64,000 nt of DNA, from positions 64,076 to 128,075 of the forward strand of contig DOGZ01000006.1 of NCBI GenBank assembly GCA_003528115.1, read 5' to 3'. The stretch's first letter is position 1. Each line of letters opens with the position of its first letter. This stretch comes from Candidatus Omnitrophota bacterium (GTDB lineage: Bacteria; Omnitrophota; Gorgyraeia; Zapsychrales; Zapsychraceae). The position numbers and the translations under genes are program-made. Shown piece after piece: positions 40,032-48,909 of the stretch. The notes beneath the pieces were generated by a model. It was not told the DNA's origin and did no database searches. It saw only the letters and a program-made list of their open reading frames with translations.

Positions 40032-40961
40032 TTAAGCGACCGGATTAAGCTGATTCTTTGCGCCCAGCGGCCTATTCGTTTTTGTAACCAAATTTTCTTT
40101 ACAAGTAAAAGAAATGGTCACCTCTTTTACTTGATTAAATCGGCGCATGATCGCCTGACGTACTTCGCGGGTTATGGCATGCCCCTCTTTAACTGTTCTT
40201 TTGGGATCGATAATAATCTCCATATCGATCCAAGCCTTCTGTCCAACCCTGCGGATATGGATATAATTTACGCCCTTGACTTGCCTGTACTGGAGCACCA
40301 CCTTCTCGATAAGCTTTCTTTTCTCACCTGGAAGCGATTCGTCAATGAGATTTTTAAAGGCCTGGAGACCTAAGATAACCGCCGACTTGGCGATCATCAA
40401 CCCGACTAGAACCGCTGCCAGCGCGTCGAGTATAGGAAAGCCGATGTTCGCCGCAAAAACCCCGAACAAAACCGCGACGCTTGATAACATATCTGACCTG
40501 TTTTCTTGGGCATTGGCAATCATGGCCGGAGAGTTCATCTTTTTCCCAGCGCAGAAACCATAAGAAGACAGGATATAGTTAGCGATGACGGCCACAAGCG
40601 CGGCAAAAAAAGCCGCCATGTGAGGAGGATGGATAACGCCGCTTGCGATCACCGCGAGCGCGTCCAAGAGAATCATACACGCTATTCCTAAAAGCAACAC
40701 GTAGGCAAAGACCGCGCCTAAAAATTCGGACTTCCCCAGACCCCAAGGATATTTTTTATCGTCCCTATGCCGCGAGAGGCCGACGGTTATAATAACCATC
40801 AAAGTGGTTACAACGTCTGTCCCGGAATGGATCCCGTCGGCGACAAGACCTTTTGACTTTGCGACATATCCTATGTATATCTGAAAAAGAGCCAGTGTCG
40901 CGTTCCCCAGGAGAACCACCCAGGGGACTATTTTTGAACATCGGATACATTTCTCTTCCAT
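40032..40961 (-). CDS. mamB: magnetosome CDF transporter MamB
   Basis: N-terminal CIRC, ADGIHSGTDVV, ENRSD (MamB-type HSGAD/DNRSD). Confidence 0.8.
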   Translation of the reverse strand: MEEKCIRCSKIVPWVVLLGNATLALFQIYIGYVAKSKGLVADGIHSGTDVVTTLMVIITVGLSRHRDDKKYPWGLGKSEFLGAVFAYVLLLGIACMILLDALAVIASGVIHPPHMAAFFAALVAVIANYILSSYGFCAGKKMNSPAMIANAQENRSDMLSSVAVLFGVFAANIGFPILDALAAVLVGLMIAKSAVILGLQAFKNLIDESLPGEKRKLIEKVVLQYRQVKGVNYIHIRRVGQKAWIDMEIIIDPKRTVKEGHAITREVRQAIMRRFNQVKEVTISFTCKENLVTKTNRPLGAKNQLNPVA

Positions 40962-40971
40962 AACCAGTCGC

Positions 40972-41868
40972 TTACTCCTCTGGAACAACCTGTATAGCGA
41001 TGTTCCCTATATGTTTATCTTCACCGCGTAAATACGCCTTGACCGATTGATTTATCTTCTTCGCCTCGAGGACGCTTATCTTCGGATCCAGTTGCATGAT
41101 AACATCTAGAACAATCTGCCTTCCTGATTGACGTCCCCGCACTTGGTTAACTCTGCTTACGCCACTGACCTTAAGAATACAGTTTTTTATATTTTCAAGA
41201 TAATCAGCAGGGAGATTCGTATCCATAATGCCTTTAAGGCCTTCTTTAAGAATAGCAAAACTGCCGTGCAAGACGTGGGCGCATTCAAAAATGGCTATAG
41301 CCGGGTCAACCCAATGCATCCCTTTGCGTGTGACGATCACGCCGACAGCAACCAAAAGAGATGAGATAACATCAATCTTATTATGTTCCGCGTGCGCCTT
41401 TAACGCGGGACTGTTCAGTTCCTTGCCGCCACAATGCGCGAACTTATAGAGAAGTCCGTTGATAACAGCGCTCAAGATGGCCACAAAAAATACAACCATG
41501 TGCTGAACAATAAGAATACGTTTCGCGATAACAATGAACGAACTGAAGATGAGTGCGACCGTGCCCAAAATCATCGTGGCGCTCATTATGACCTGGGCGA
41601 TAAACTCGATTTTGCCGTAACCGTAAGGGTACCGATGATCCGCCGGCTTTTTTGAATACTTTATGCCGGTAATAACGACCACGGAGGAACTTATGTCGCT
41701 TAAATTACACAAGCCGCTTCCGATTAAGGCGCGACTGCGTCCCAAAAAACCGACGAAAAGCTTAAAGGCCGCGAGAAAAAGATTCGCCAGAAGTCCCAAC
41801 AGGATGGTCTTACGCGCGCAGGCCTCACATTTTTCCGGATTTTTTGTTGACTCATGCCTCATCTTCAA
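40972..41868 (-). CDS. mamM: magnetosome CDF transporter MamM
   Basis: N-terminal CEAC, KPADHRYPYGYGKIEF, non-His TM2 site, HNKID. Confidence 0.75.
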   Translation of the reverse strand: MKMRHESTKNPEKCEACARKTILLGLLANLFLAAFKLFVGFLGRSRALIGSGLCNLSDISSSVVVITGIKYSKKPADHRYPYGYGKIEFIAQVIMSATMILGTVALIFSSFIVIAKRILIVQHMVVFFVAILSAVINGLLYKFAHCGGKELNSPALKAHAEHNKIDVISSLLVAVGVIVTRKGMHWVDPAIAIFECAHVLHGSFAILKEGLKGIMDTNLPADYLENIKNCILKVSGVSRVNQVRGRQSGRQIVLDVIMQLDPKISVLEAKKINQSVKAYLRGEDKHIGNIAIQVVPEE

Positions 41869-42127
41869 ACAGTTCCTCGTCCTCTTCCACCAATTCGCTT
41901 AATTTCCGTTTCTTCTTCATCTTAGCGCCAATGTGGACCATAAACCAAAATATGTTTGACGCGCCAATCAGGTACGAAATCAATATGATAACGATCAACC
42001 CGCATTGCCGACCTCTAAAAAGCGGTATCCATATCGGAACGGGCGTGAGATTCTCAAAGATAAACATGCCCAAAAAGGTAAGGATCAAAAGCAGCGCGAT
42101 TATCTTCAATACCGTCTTTATCTTCAT
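41852..42127 (-). CDS. mamL: probable MamL (LapA-like, two TM helices, basic tail)
   Basis: Two TM helices around EN..PV, KMKKKRK tail, directly upstream of mamM. Confidence 0.5.
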   Translation of the reverse strand: MKIKTVLKIIALLLILTFLGMFIFENLTPVPIWIPLFRGRQCGLIVIILISYLIGASNIFWFMVHIGAKMKKKRKLSELVEEDEELFEDEA

Positions 42128-42221
42128 AAAGATCTCTTCCTCTGGCCAGCCTCCCTAGGGTAGACCTCCCATTTTACTTTCTATTCTAATGAAAGGTTCG
42201 TCCTGTCATAGGACGGCCTTG

Positions 42222-43373
42222 TTATTTCTTTAAAATGATATGACACGTGTTGCATTTACCGCGATATTCATGCGGAGGAATCGCCCCCCTAGTTATCGGC
42301 GGCGGGTTAGGCAATATGTCCCCCGCGTCTGTCGGAAGTTGACCGCCGGTCGCCATAAAAATATGGCAAGCCGTACATGGCTGATGCCTGATGCGATGCG
42401 GACTTAAGGCATTTGGCGTTATGGGTTGGGCAGCCTCATTTTGTGAAAATCCCAGTGTCCTTGTTGATGAGAATGTAAATTCCAGTAATTGCCCGCGCCG
42501 GGAAACGAGTATTTTTGCTTTATACCTATTTTTCACTCTTCTCGTGGCTTCGGTAAAGGCAATGAGGTCTGGTGTGGCAATCCGATTTACAGCAACGACC
42601 ACATCTCCCGCCAATATCCCGGATTCAGCGGACTCAAGCGATATCTCATCAACGAGAAGCCCATTGATTTCCGCAGGAACCTGATATTCCTTGGCCAACT
42701 CCGGTGTAAGCGGAATAAGTTCGATCCCGAGCCAGTGCCCCTCAATGAGTTCTTTGTGGACGGCGCCCTGTTCTCTCGGGCTAGGGAGTTTCAAGGGAGG
42801 AGTATTCTGGCCGCCCATAATCGCTCCTGCCTCGCCGGCAGCCGGACCTGCCTCGGCTGTTTCAGCAGGCGAACGATTCGCAAACGCTGCCTGCGTCATC
42901 CCCTGAGGAATACCGGCAGTACCGGTAATCGCCGCATCAAGATTCAGCGCTTTTTTATCGTTGATTCCTAATTTATTTTCCATGGTAATATAAAGCGGCT
43001 GCCCATTGCGCAGCATATCCAAAAGGACGCCCGTCTCTAAGTTTGCCGCCTTGGCTCCTTTAAGAAATTCAGATATGTTCTTTACTTTTTTATTGTTAAT
43101 CGCCTTCAAAAGGTCGCCGCCGAGCACGCCTGCCGAATAGGCCGGGTCCTCACTCCAGTTGACAACGACACCTTGCTCATCTTTGGGAATGTTGAACTCC
43201 ATCCTAAGCGCGGGCGTGATGTTTGAGACCGACATACCGGCCCACTCGGCATCACCAGCGCCTATATGCATAAGCGCTGCCATAAAGAAAAGCGCCATGG
43301 CTCCAAGCGTTAGGAGAAGAAGAAATCTCTGTCTATTTTTGTGACGGTGTTGGTTAAGTTTATCAGGCATCAA
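42222..43373 (-). CDS. mamP: magnetosome protein MamP-like (TM, two PDZ, two magnetochrome domains)
   Basis: PHRIRHQPCTACH and PHEYRGKCNTCH; two PDZ domains. Confidence 0.85.
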   Translation of the reverse strand: MMPDKLNQHRHKNRQRFLLLLTLGAMALFFMAALMHIGAGDAEWAGMSVSNITPALRMEFNIPKDEQGVVVNWSEDPAYSAGVLGGDLLKAINNKKVKNISEFLKGAKAANLETGVLLDMLRNGQPLYITMENKLGINDKKALNLDAAITGTAGIPQGMTQAAFANRSPAETAEAGPAAGEAGAIMGGQNTPPLKLPSPREQGAVHKELIEGHWLGIELIPLTPELAKEYQVPAEINGLLVDEISLESAESGILAGDVVVAVNRIATPDLIAFTEATRRVKNRYKAKILVSRRGQLLEFTFSSTRTLGFSQNEAAQPITPNALSPHRIRHQPCTACHIFMATGGQLPTDAGDILPNPPPITRGAIPPHEYRGKCNTCHIILKK

Positions 43374-43382
43374 TACGTTGTA

Positions 43383-43646
43383 TTATTTTGAGGTTGTTTT
43401 AGGTTTAAGTTCAATACGCTCGATAGCGGTATTGCATTCCTTGCAGACCCAAAGCTGTCTCTTGGCTCCCATCATATATAAACCAATCACAAAGAGTGGA
43501 ATCCCTAAAACCGCGCCGATCCAAAAAAGCGTCGCGAAAACACCGCCCGCGACTAAAAATCCTCCAACTTTCCTACTATAGCGAGGTCCTGTATAAGACT
43601 GCATCTCGCCATTACAAAGCGAACAAATTAAAGGCTTGTTTGTCAT
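43383..43646 (-). CDS. small CxxC-TM hairpin-CxxC protein
   Basis: CSLC ... hydrophobic hairpin ... CKEC. Confidence 0.7.
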   Translation of the reverse strand: MTNKPLICSLCNGEMQSYTGPRYSRKVGGFLVAGGVFATLFWIGAVLGIPLFVIGLYMMGAKRQLWVCKECNTAIERIELKPKTTSK

Positions 43647-43909
43647 CTCTCCCTCTTTTTCATGGTTTCATTGTAATCGTGACGAGTAATCAATTCATCA
43701 ATGGCTTTTTCTTTTTCGACGTCAATAACCTCTTGAGCTCTTTCTTCGGTGTGTTCTGCAACAATTTCTTGCCCCTTCATCGTCTTATCGCTTGAAACGC
43801 TCTTAGAAGTTGTGCAAGATGGTCCGTTGGGTTTTTTAGTAACGATGGACACTATCGCGCCCGCTGTCATTGATATAACAATAACTCCCAAGATCGAAAA
43901 TGGCTCCAT
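43643..43909 (-). CDS. small single-TM protein
   Basis: GAGGAGG RBS, N-terminal TM helix. Confidence 0.65.
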   Translation of the reverse strand: MEPFSILGVIVISMTAGAIVSIVTKKPNGPSCTTSKSVSSDKTMKGQEIVAEHTEERAQEVIDVEKEKAIDELITRHDYNETMKKRER

Positions 43910-43969
43910 GCTTTTCCTCCTCGTTAACCCACGTTAATAACATTTATGAGCCTGCCTTAATATAAACGC

Positions 43970-45472
43970 TCAATTGCCGCCACCAATGACGACGTGCGCG
44001 GTGTTTGGGTCCTGCATTACGTTATTCTGCGTCTGACTATTTTGCATCCTGCTCTGAATATTCTGCGCGCCCGCCGGGGTTCCCAATTGATGGCAATTGG
44101 TGCATGATCCCCGGTACTCATGAGGCATAATGATAGGGGGTGCAACTGCTGCCCCTTGCGGTGTGCCCTGGGCCACAAAACCTGCATTTTGCGTCATAGC
44201 GACCTGGTTTGTAAAATTACCGGTACCGCCAAAGCCTAACGGAGCCGCATTGTTTGGGATATTTTGATTCTGCGAATACGCGCCACCTTGTGCCATAATC
44301 TGGTCACAGTTAGGGCATCGAGGATACGGATCGTTTGGATCTTTCTGGGCATACATCCTCCAGTTACAATTTGGACAGAGAAAAAAACCGGTTGATTCAG
44401 GGCCCTGCCAAAAATTTGGCTGGTTGGTCATCTGGTTCATCTGGGGCCGAAGTTGTGTCATATCTGCCGCCCATTGCCCTTCTGACCACCACTTCCCGAT
44501 TTTATTCTGGTTAGACATATCGAGGGCCAAGGGAGAAGCACAGTTCGGACAATTCGGAAAGTTATTCCCCTGACGGGTCGCTTTCATTCGCCAATTACAA
44601 TTCGGACAAACAAAAGCCTGTTGCCCCCAACCAAAAGCGGCCTGAGTCCCCGCCGTAGCAAAATTATTCCCCATGCCCATACCATCCATCACGCCTTTGT
44701 TGTATATGTCCTGTGTTCCCCAGCCGGCTGGCACCCCACCATATATGCCGCCGCCCTGCATTCGATTCGGAATTGGGCAGAAATAATTGTTCATTCCCAT
44801 GCCCTGCATATCCTGCATTCCCCAACCAGTTTGTGTTGCTTGTTGTGCGACATTTTGCTGCATCATCAGTGTTCCTTGCCCGTGGACTGCTTGCGCATTG
44901 CCCCAAGTCGGTTGAGGCGTTTGCATTATCGGTGAAATTTGGGGAATATTCGCCGTAGGTTGCGGTACTTGTGCTATCCGGGCTTGCCGATAAAGCTTGA
45001 TGACATTGCGCGTCTGACCTTGATACCCGCCAAACACCCGTATGTCGAATTGCAAAAGAATGTTATAACTTTGCTGGTCTATGCTTCCTACGATAACGGC
45101 TTCCTCCCCTTTGCCGGCTATTAAATACGCGATCTGAGGATTAGGCTCCGCGCCACGATAAGGATTCTTTATGGCCTCAACGAGTTTTCTTGACAAAGGA
45201 TCGACCACCAAAAAGAAGCTCGCCTCAGACAATGTCGCGGATACATTTGAAGCCAAAGACGGTCCGTCCGTAGCAACAACGATTTTCCCGCAGGCGGGAT
45301 TTCCCAGTCTTGAATTCTGGGATCCAGGTGAGAATAGGGCATACACACCGACGACTAATACAAAAACAATTGCGCCAAAAATAAAATAAGTATTTAAGTC
45401 GGTATTTCTTACACGCGCTGTGAATTCCTCAAAGAATGTCTTGATGATTTTCTCTTGGGGTTTCTTTACCAT
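43970..45472 (-). CDS. magnetochrome protein with NifB/NifX-like domain and four CPNC motifs
   Basis: KIVVATDGPSLASNVS...FFLVVD; CPNC x4; PHEYRGSCTNCH. Confidence 0.75.
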   Translation of the reverse strand: MVKKPQEKIIKTFFEEFTARVRNTDLNTYFIFGAIVFVLVVGVYALFSPGSQNSRLGNPACGKIVVATDGPSLASNVSATLSEASFFLVVDPLSRKLVEAIKNPYRGAEPNPQIAYLIAGKGEEAVIVGSIDQQSYNILLQFDIRVFGGYQGQTRNVIKLYRQARIAQVPQPTANIPQISPIMQTPQPTWGNAQAVHGQGTLMMQQNVAQQATQTGWGMQDMQGMGMNNYFCPIPNRMQGGGIYGGVPAGWGTQDIYNKGVMDGMGMGNNFATAGTQAAFGWGQQAFVCPNCNWRMKATRQGNNFPNCPNCASPLALDMSNQNKIGKWWSEGQWAADMTQLRPQMNQMTNQPNFWQGPESTGFFLCPNCNWRMYAQKDPNDPYPRCPNCDQIMAQGGAYSQNQNIPNNAAPLGFGGTGNFTNQVAMTQNAGFVAQGTPQGAAVAPPIIMPHEYRGSCTNCHQLGTPAGAQNIQSRMQNSQTQNNVMQDPNTAHVVIGGGN

Positions 45473-45526
45473 AATTCTCTCCTCATCTGATATATCGACA
45501 TCAGCAATTCATAAGAACTGATAATA

Positions 45527-46117
45527 TCACTTAAAAACAGGACCGTACTGAAACACTTTTCCAGAAAACGGCGAACCAAGCTGCCAACTCCCCTTATTTG
45601 GTCCTAAAAGCGGGCCGTATTGATATTCGAAGGGGATGGCTATATATAAAGTCTTTCCATCCCGATTAATGTCTAAGAGAATTCCTTCCGTATATTGAAC
45701 ACTATTAGCCACTTTGACAAAGGCACGGGCCGTCGCAACGGGCTTCCGGCCAATGGCGACGATAACATCACCGGTCTTTACTCCGTATTTTTGGGCCAAT
45801 TGTTTTCCCTCATCAATAACGAACATCCCTTTGATTTTAGCCTGGATATTGAATTCCTTCCTGATACTCCGTGAAAGAGGGGCCAGCTCCATACCGACCC
45901 ACATCAAGCTGTCTCCTTTTTCAATAACCATGCCTTTTGTCACTTCCTTTGGTTCCTGCTTCTCTGGAAGGATCTCTAAGGAAGATAATAATCGGAAAAA
46001 GACAATGATCCCGAAGACCACGATACCGGCAAAATACCACGGCTTTTCTAACGCAAAATCTTTAACCTGTTTTTGAAATTTTTTAAATGTAGGATTCGCC
46101 CTGGACTTTGTGTTCAT
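45527..46117 (-). CDS. membrane-anchored PDZ protein (MamE-Cter-like)
   Basis: WVGMELAPLS, AQKYGVKTGDVIVAIG; overlaps the mamE stop codon. Confidence 0.75.
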   Translation of the reverse strand: MNTKSRANPTFKKFQKQVKDFALEKPWYFAGIVVFGIIVFFRLLSSLEILPEKQEPKEVTKGMVIEKGDSLMWVGMELAPLSRSIRKEFNIQAKIKGMFVIDEGKQLAQKYGVKTGDVIVAIGRKPVATARAFVKVANSVQYTEGILLDINRDGKTLYIAIPFEYQYGPLLGPNKGSWQLGSPFSGKVFQYGPVFK

Positions 46118-47490
46118 TGTAATTTTATTAACACCTCATCGACCTTACCGTTTCTAAGGACACGCACGTTGACGTTGTCCCCAGTCTTAAAATGCGCGAC
46201 TATTTTTGGAATATCGTCTTTCCCGGTAATCGGCACACCGGCTACCGCGACAATGATGTCTCCGCGTTGGATACCGGCAAAACTGGCTGGAGATTCGTCA
46301 ATAACTCTATTGACTAAAACACCCTGCCGCTCGGTAATCCCGAACTGTCGCGCTATGACAGCGTCCACCGGCATGACCTCAATCCCAAAATGAACAGGAA
46401 TTGGGGCTTTTTGCGTCTTATTAAGATCCCTAAAGTCTCCGACCAGCATCCCTTTTTGATCAACTGGGAATGAATAGTTCTTGCCGAGATTTTCCGCAAG
46501 AAAATCTTTACAGTCATTGATCGGTATGGCAAACCCTGTCCCGCTAAAAACTCCTGTCGGCGCGTAAATAGCCGTATTGATTCCAATAACCTCTCCTCTT
46601 AAATTAACAAGGGGGCCTCCGGATGATCCTCGGTTTATGGGCGTGTCCGTCTGAAAAAGGTTTTTATACCGAACACCTTCAATCGCGATGGATTTCCGTA
46701 TGCCGCTGATAATCCCGCTGGTAACTGTCTGCTCAATACCAAAAGGGCTGCCCACGGCGATGACATAATCACCTAACTGGCTGAAACTGGAATCCCCTAA
46801 TTTCGCTTCGGGAAATGGGCCGTCGGCTTTGACTTTAATAAGGACCAGGTCGTTGTCGGGATCCTGCGCGATAATATCCGCGTGATAATCACGGGGAGGC
46901 GTACCAAAGATTGTTACAACGATATCCGTTGCATCGTGGGTCACATGACAGTTCGTCAGCACATATCCTCGTTCATCAACAATGACGCCCGCGCCGATAT
47001 TCTCGTATCCTTTATTTTCAATAAATTTATCAACACTACCGTCAAACGAAGGGATAAATTTTAAATTTTGCGCATCGATGGCTTGCCGATTGCCGGGTGA
47101 ACGAACAATTCTTCGGGCATGCACGTCACACACGGAAGGGATGACAGCATTAACAGCGTCTTTCAATGAATTCTGAAAAACGCTGTGTGATGAATTGGCC
47201 ACAAGCTGCATATTCCCGTAGGGTGTTGCCTTAGTGATGCCCGCGAGTGCATAATCCCCGGCAGATTGTGGACTGTTCACGGCGGCCTGCGTAACCGCTT
47301 TGGGGAAGGACGGCTCACCGGTAATAGGAGAAGTGACCTTGGGCACGCGCTCCTTTTCCATCTCAACCCCTTGAATGATATCTTCCCTCTTCATCATAAC
47401 CCAAAAAACTAACATGACGCAGATAAGAGCCACGCCGGCAATCCAGGGACCGATCGGTTGATTACAAAATTGACCTCTGTTTTCATCCAT
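46114..47490 (-). CDS. mamE: magnetosome HtrA-type serine protease MamE
   Basis: TNCHV / DLVLIK / QTDTPINRGSSGGPL catalytic triad, PDZ, N-terminal TM. Confidence 0.85.
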   Translation of the reverse strand: MDENRGQFCNQPIGPWIAGVALICVMLVFWVMMKREDIIQGVEMEKERVPKVTSPITGEPSFPKAVTQAAVNSPQSAGDYALAGITKATPYGNMQLVANSSHSVFQNSLKDAVNAVIPSVCDVHARRIVRSPGNRQAIDAQNLKFIPSFDGSVDKFIENKGYENIGAGVIVDERGYVLTNCHVTHDATDIVVTIFGTPPRDYHADIIAQDPDNDLVLIKVKADGPFPEAKLGDSSFSQLGDYVIAVGSPFGIEQTVTSGIISGIRKSIAIEGVRYKNLFQTDTPINRGSSGGPLVNLRGEVIGINTAIYAPTGVFSGTGFAIPINDCKDFLAENLGKNYSFPVDQKGMLVGDFRDLNKTQKAPIPVHFGIEVMPVDAVIARQFGITERQGVLVNRVIDESPASFAGIQRGDIIVAVAGVPITGKDDIPKIVAHFKTGDNVNVRVLRNGKVDEVLIKLQ

Positions 47491-47571
47491 CACATAAACT
47501 CCGCTGTCCGTCCCCAACCGGTCTATTGCAAATTTGTTGCTTAGTTTTCCCGGTAGAGTTTCTCACATAAC

Positions 47572-47668
47572 AATACCGTGTCAACTTAATGATGATTAGT
47601 TAGGCACGGTACAACTCTTCGCTCTTTCTGAAAATATCTATTACTGACCTCCACGAAAAAAATGGCAC
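47572..47668. repeat. MITE-like remnant (family B) followed by a family A-like end
   Basis: TACCGTGTCAACTTAAT...GGCACGGTACAAC...TTTCTGAAAAT matches the 58938 element; CTGACCTCCACGAAAAAAATGGCAC resembles the family A end. Confidence 0.6.
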
Positions 47669-47693
47669 TGGCATTATGAGTGTCGTCAAATTA

Positions 47694-47912
47694 TCAAAAG
47701 ACAAATTTGTTGGCAGCATCAACGTCCGTTGATGGATTCGGAAAAGCCGCCTGCACTGCGGCTTTCTTGGGTGTCGCCTTGCGATGCGCTTTACCATGCT
47801 TACGGGTGCCTTTGAATTCAATGAAAATCGCGCCCGCCATGACAACGCAAACCACAACGATGACCAAGAATCCGAGCCAAGGACTAAAACATTTTTCCTT
47901 CTTACCGATCAT
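47694..47912 (-). CDS. small TM protein resembling the MamE N-terminus
   Basis: PW-TM helix, basic stretch, VQAAF motif. Confidence 0.6.
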   Translation of the reverse strand: MIGKKEKCFSPWLGFLVIVVVCVVMAGAIFIEFKGTRKHGKAHRKATPKKAAVQAAFPNPSTDVDAANKFVF

Positions 47913-47927
47913 GATACCTCGCAGATA

Positions 47928-48098
47928 TTATTTTTTGTCCTTTTGGAGTTTCATCCCGGTGTTGACCGCGATAAGTCCTCCGATAAAAAGCACCAGAGGT
48001 AGGAATCCCCGCAGAAAATCGCCGAAATTATCCCACCATCCTATAATCCCGATGAGTCCAAGAACTGCCGCAACCGCTCCGCCGATAATATGTACCAT
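47928..48098 (-). CDS. mamI: magnetosome protein MamI (56 aa, absent from the ORF track)
   Basis: Manual translation MVHIIGGAVAAVLGLIGIIGWWDNFGDFLRGFLPLVLFIGGLIAVNTGMKLQKDKK; WW....FLRG.LP signature; AGGAG RBS. Confidence 0.85.
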   Translation of the reverse strand: MVHIIGGAVAAVLGLIGIIGWWDNFGDFLRGFLPLVLFIGGLIAVNTGMKLQKDKK

Positions 48099-48155
48099 TC
48101 ACTTTCTCCTTTCGTTATCCAGTTCAACTTTATCCTTTAGTTTCAGAAAATTTTT

Positions 48156-48617
48156 CTATGTGAAAATTTTTAAGAGCGCGTTCTTCGCCGAAGCGAAATG
48201 TTTGCCGGATAAATAAAACCTTTCTCTAAAAAATTCATTAATTTTGTCCTTTTTCGCGGACATAAGGACGTTTGAGGATTCCGCCACCGCGTTTTGTTCC
48301 ATCCTCTTAAGAACTTTTTTTCTCTGAGGATAGTCCCTGGCAAGATATTTAGGGTCTGCTGAAGTAATTTCCTTTGATTCCAAACAAGACACGCTTGGTG
48401 AGTCAGTACCGGATTCGGTGGGCTCTTGTTTAATCGATTGGCTTTCTTTCTTGAGAAGAACTAGGATGGCTTCTCTGGGTATTCTCTGGTGCCCGCCAAG
48501 GGTGGAAACAGCTAAAAGTTTACCTTTTTTGATCCAATTAAGAATTGTAAAACGTGTTACATCGCAGATCTTTGCCGCTTGCGATGTCGTTAAGTACTCG
48601 TTAGGCATAACTGGCAT
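48156..48617 (-). CDS. excisionase-type HTH DNA-binding protein heading the cluster
   Basis: YLTTSQAAKICDVTRFTILNWIKKGKL...TLGGHQRI. Confidence 0.8.
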   Translation of the reverse strand: MPVMPNEYLTTSQAAKICDVTRFTILNWIKKGKLLAVSTLGGHQRIPREAILVLLKKESQSIKQEPTESGTDSPSVSCLESKEITSADPKYLARDYPQRKKVLKRMEQNAVAESSNVLMSAKKDKINEFFRERFYLSGKHFASAKNALLKIFT

Positions 48618-48740
48618 GTCTTAATTTAAAATGTTGAATAGAACAGATTGAAAAATTAAATTACACAGTTTAAAGCGGGTGGCGCGTAATGTTTTATATA
48701 AAAACGTCCGCGTTGTCAATTTATATTTTCACTTGATAAA

Positions 48741-48900
48741 AATGTTGAAATTGTTGAAGTAGTTTCATACGATTTTTATTAAGGGAAATCGAGTTTAAAG
48801 TTAGAAATATCCTCGTTAACTCAGGATGGGCAACTATCTGGCATCATTGGGATAATGATGCTTGCCGCTTTGGACTAACGAATGTTGAAATTGCCGAAGT
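48741..48900. promoter_or_regulatory. 20-bp direct repeat upstream of the magnetosome cluster
   Basis: AATGTTGAAATTGTTGAAGT (48741) and AATGTTGAAATTGCCGAAGT (48881); partial copy at ~48630. Confidence 0.5.
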
Positions 48901-48909
48901 CATCATCTC

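Noticed and set aside
48156-48617. Excisionase as a sign of a prophage or ICE boundary
   Set aside because: No integrase, tRNA or att site is visible, and this HTH class is commonly regulatory
48841-48861. Fur box upstream of the magnetosome cluster
   Set aside because: Only a GATAATGAT half-match within a short hairpin; too weak to call
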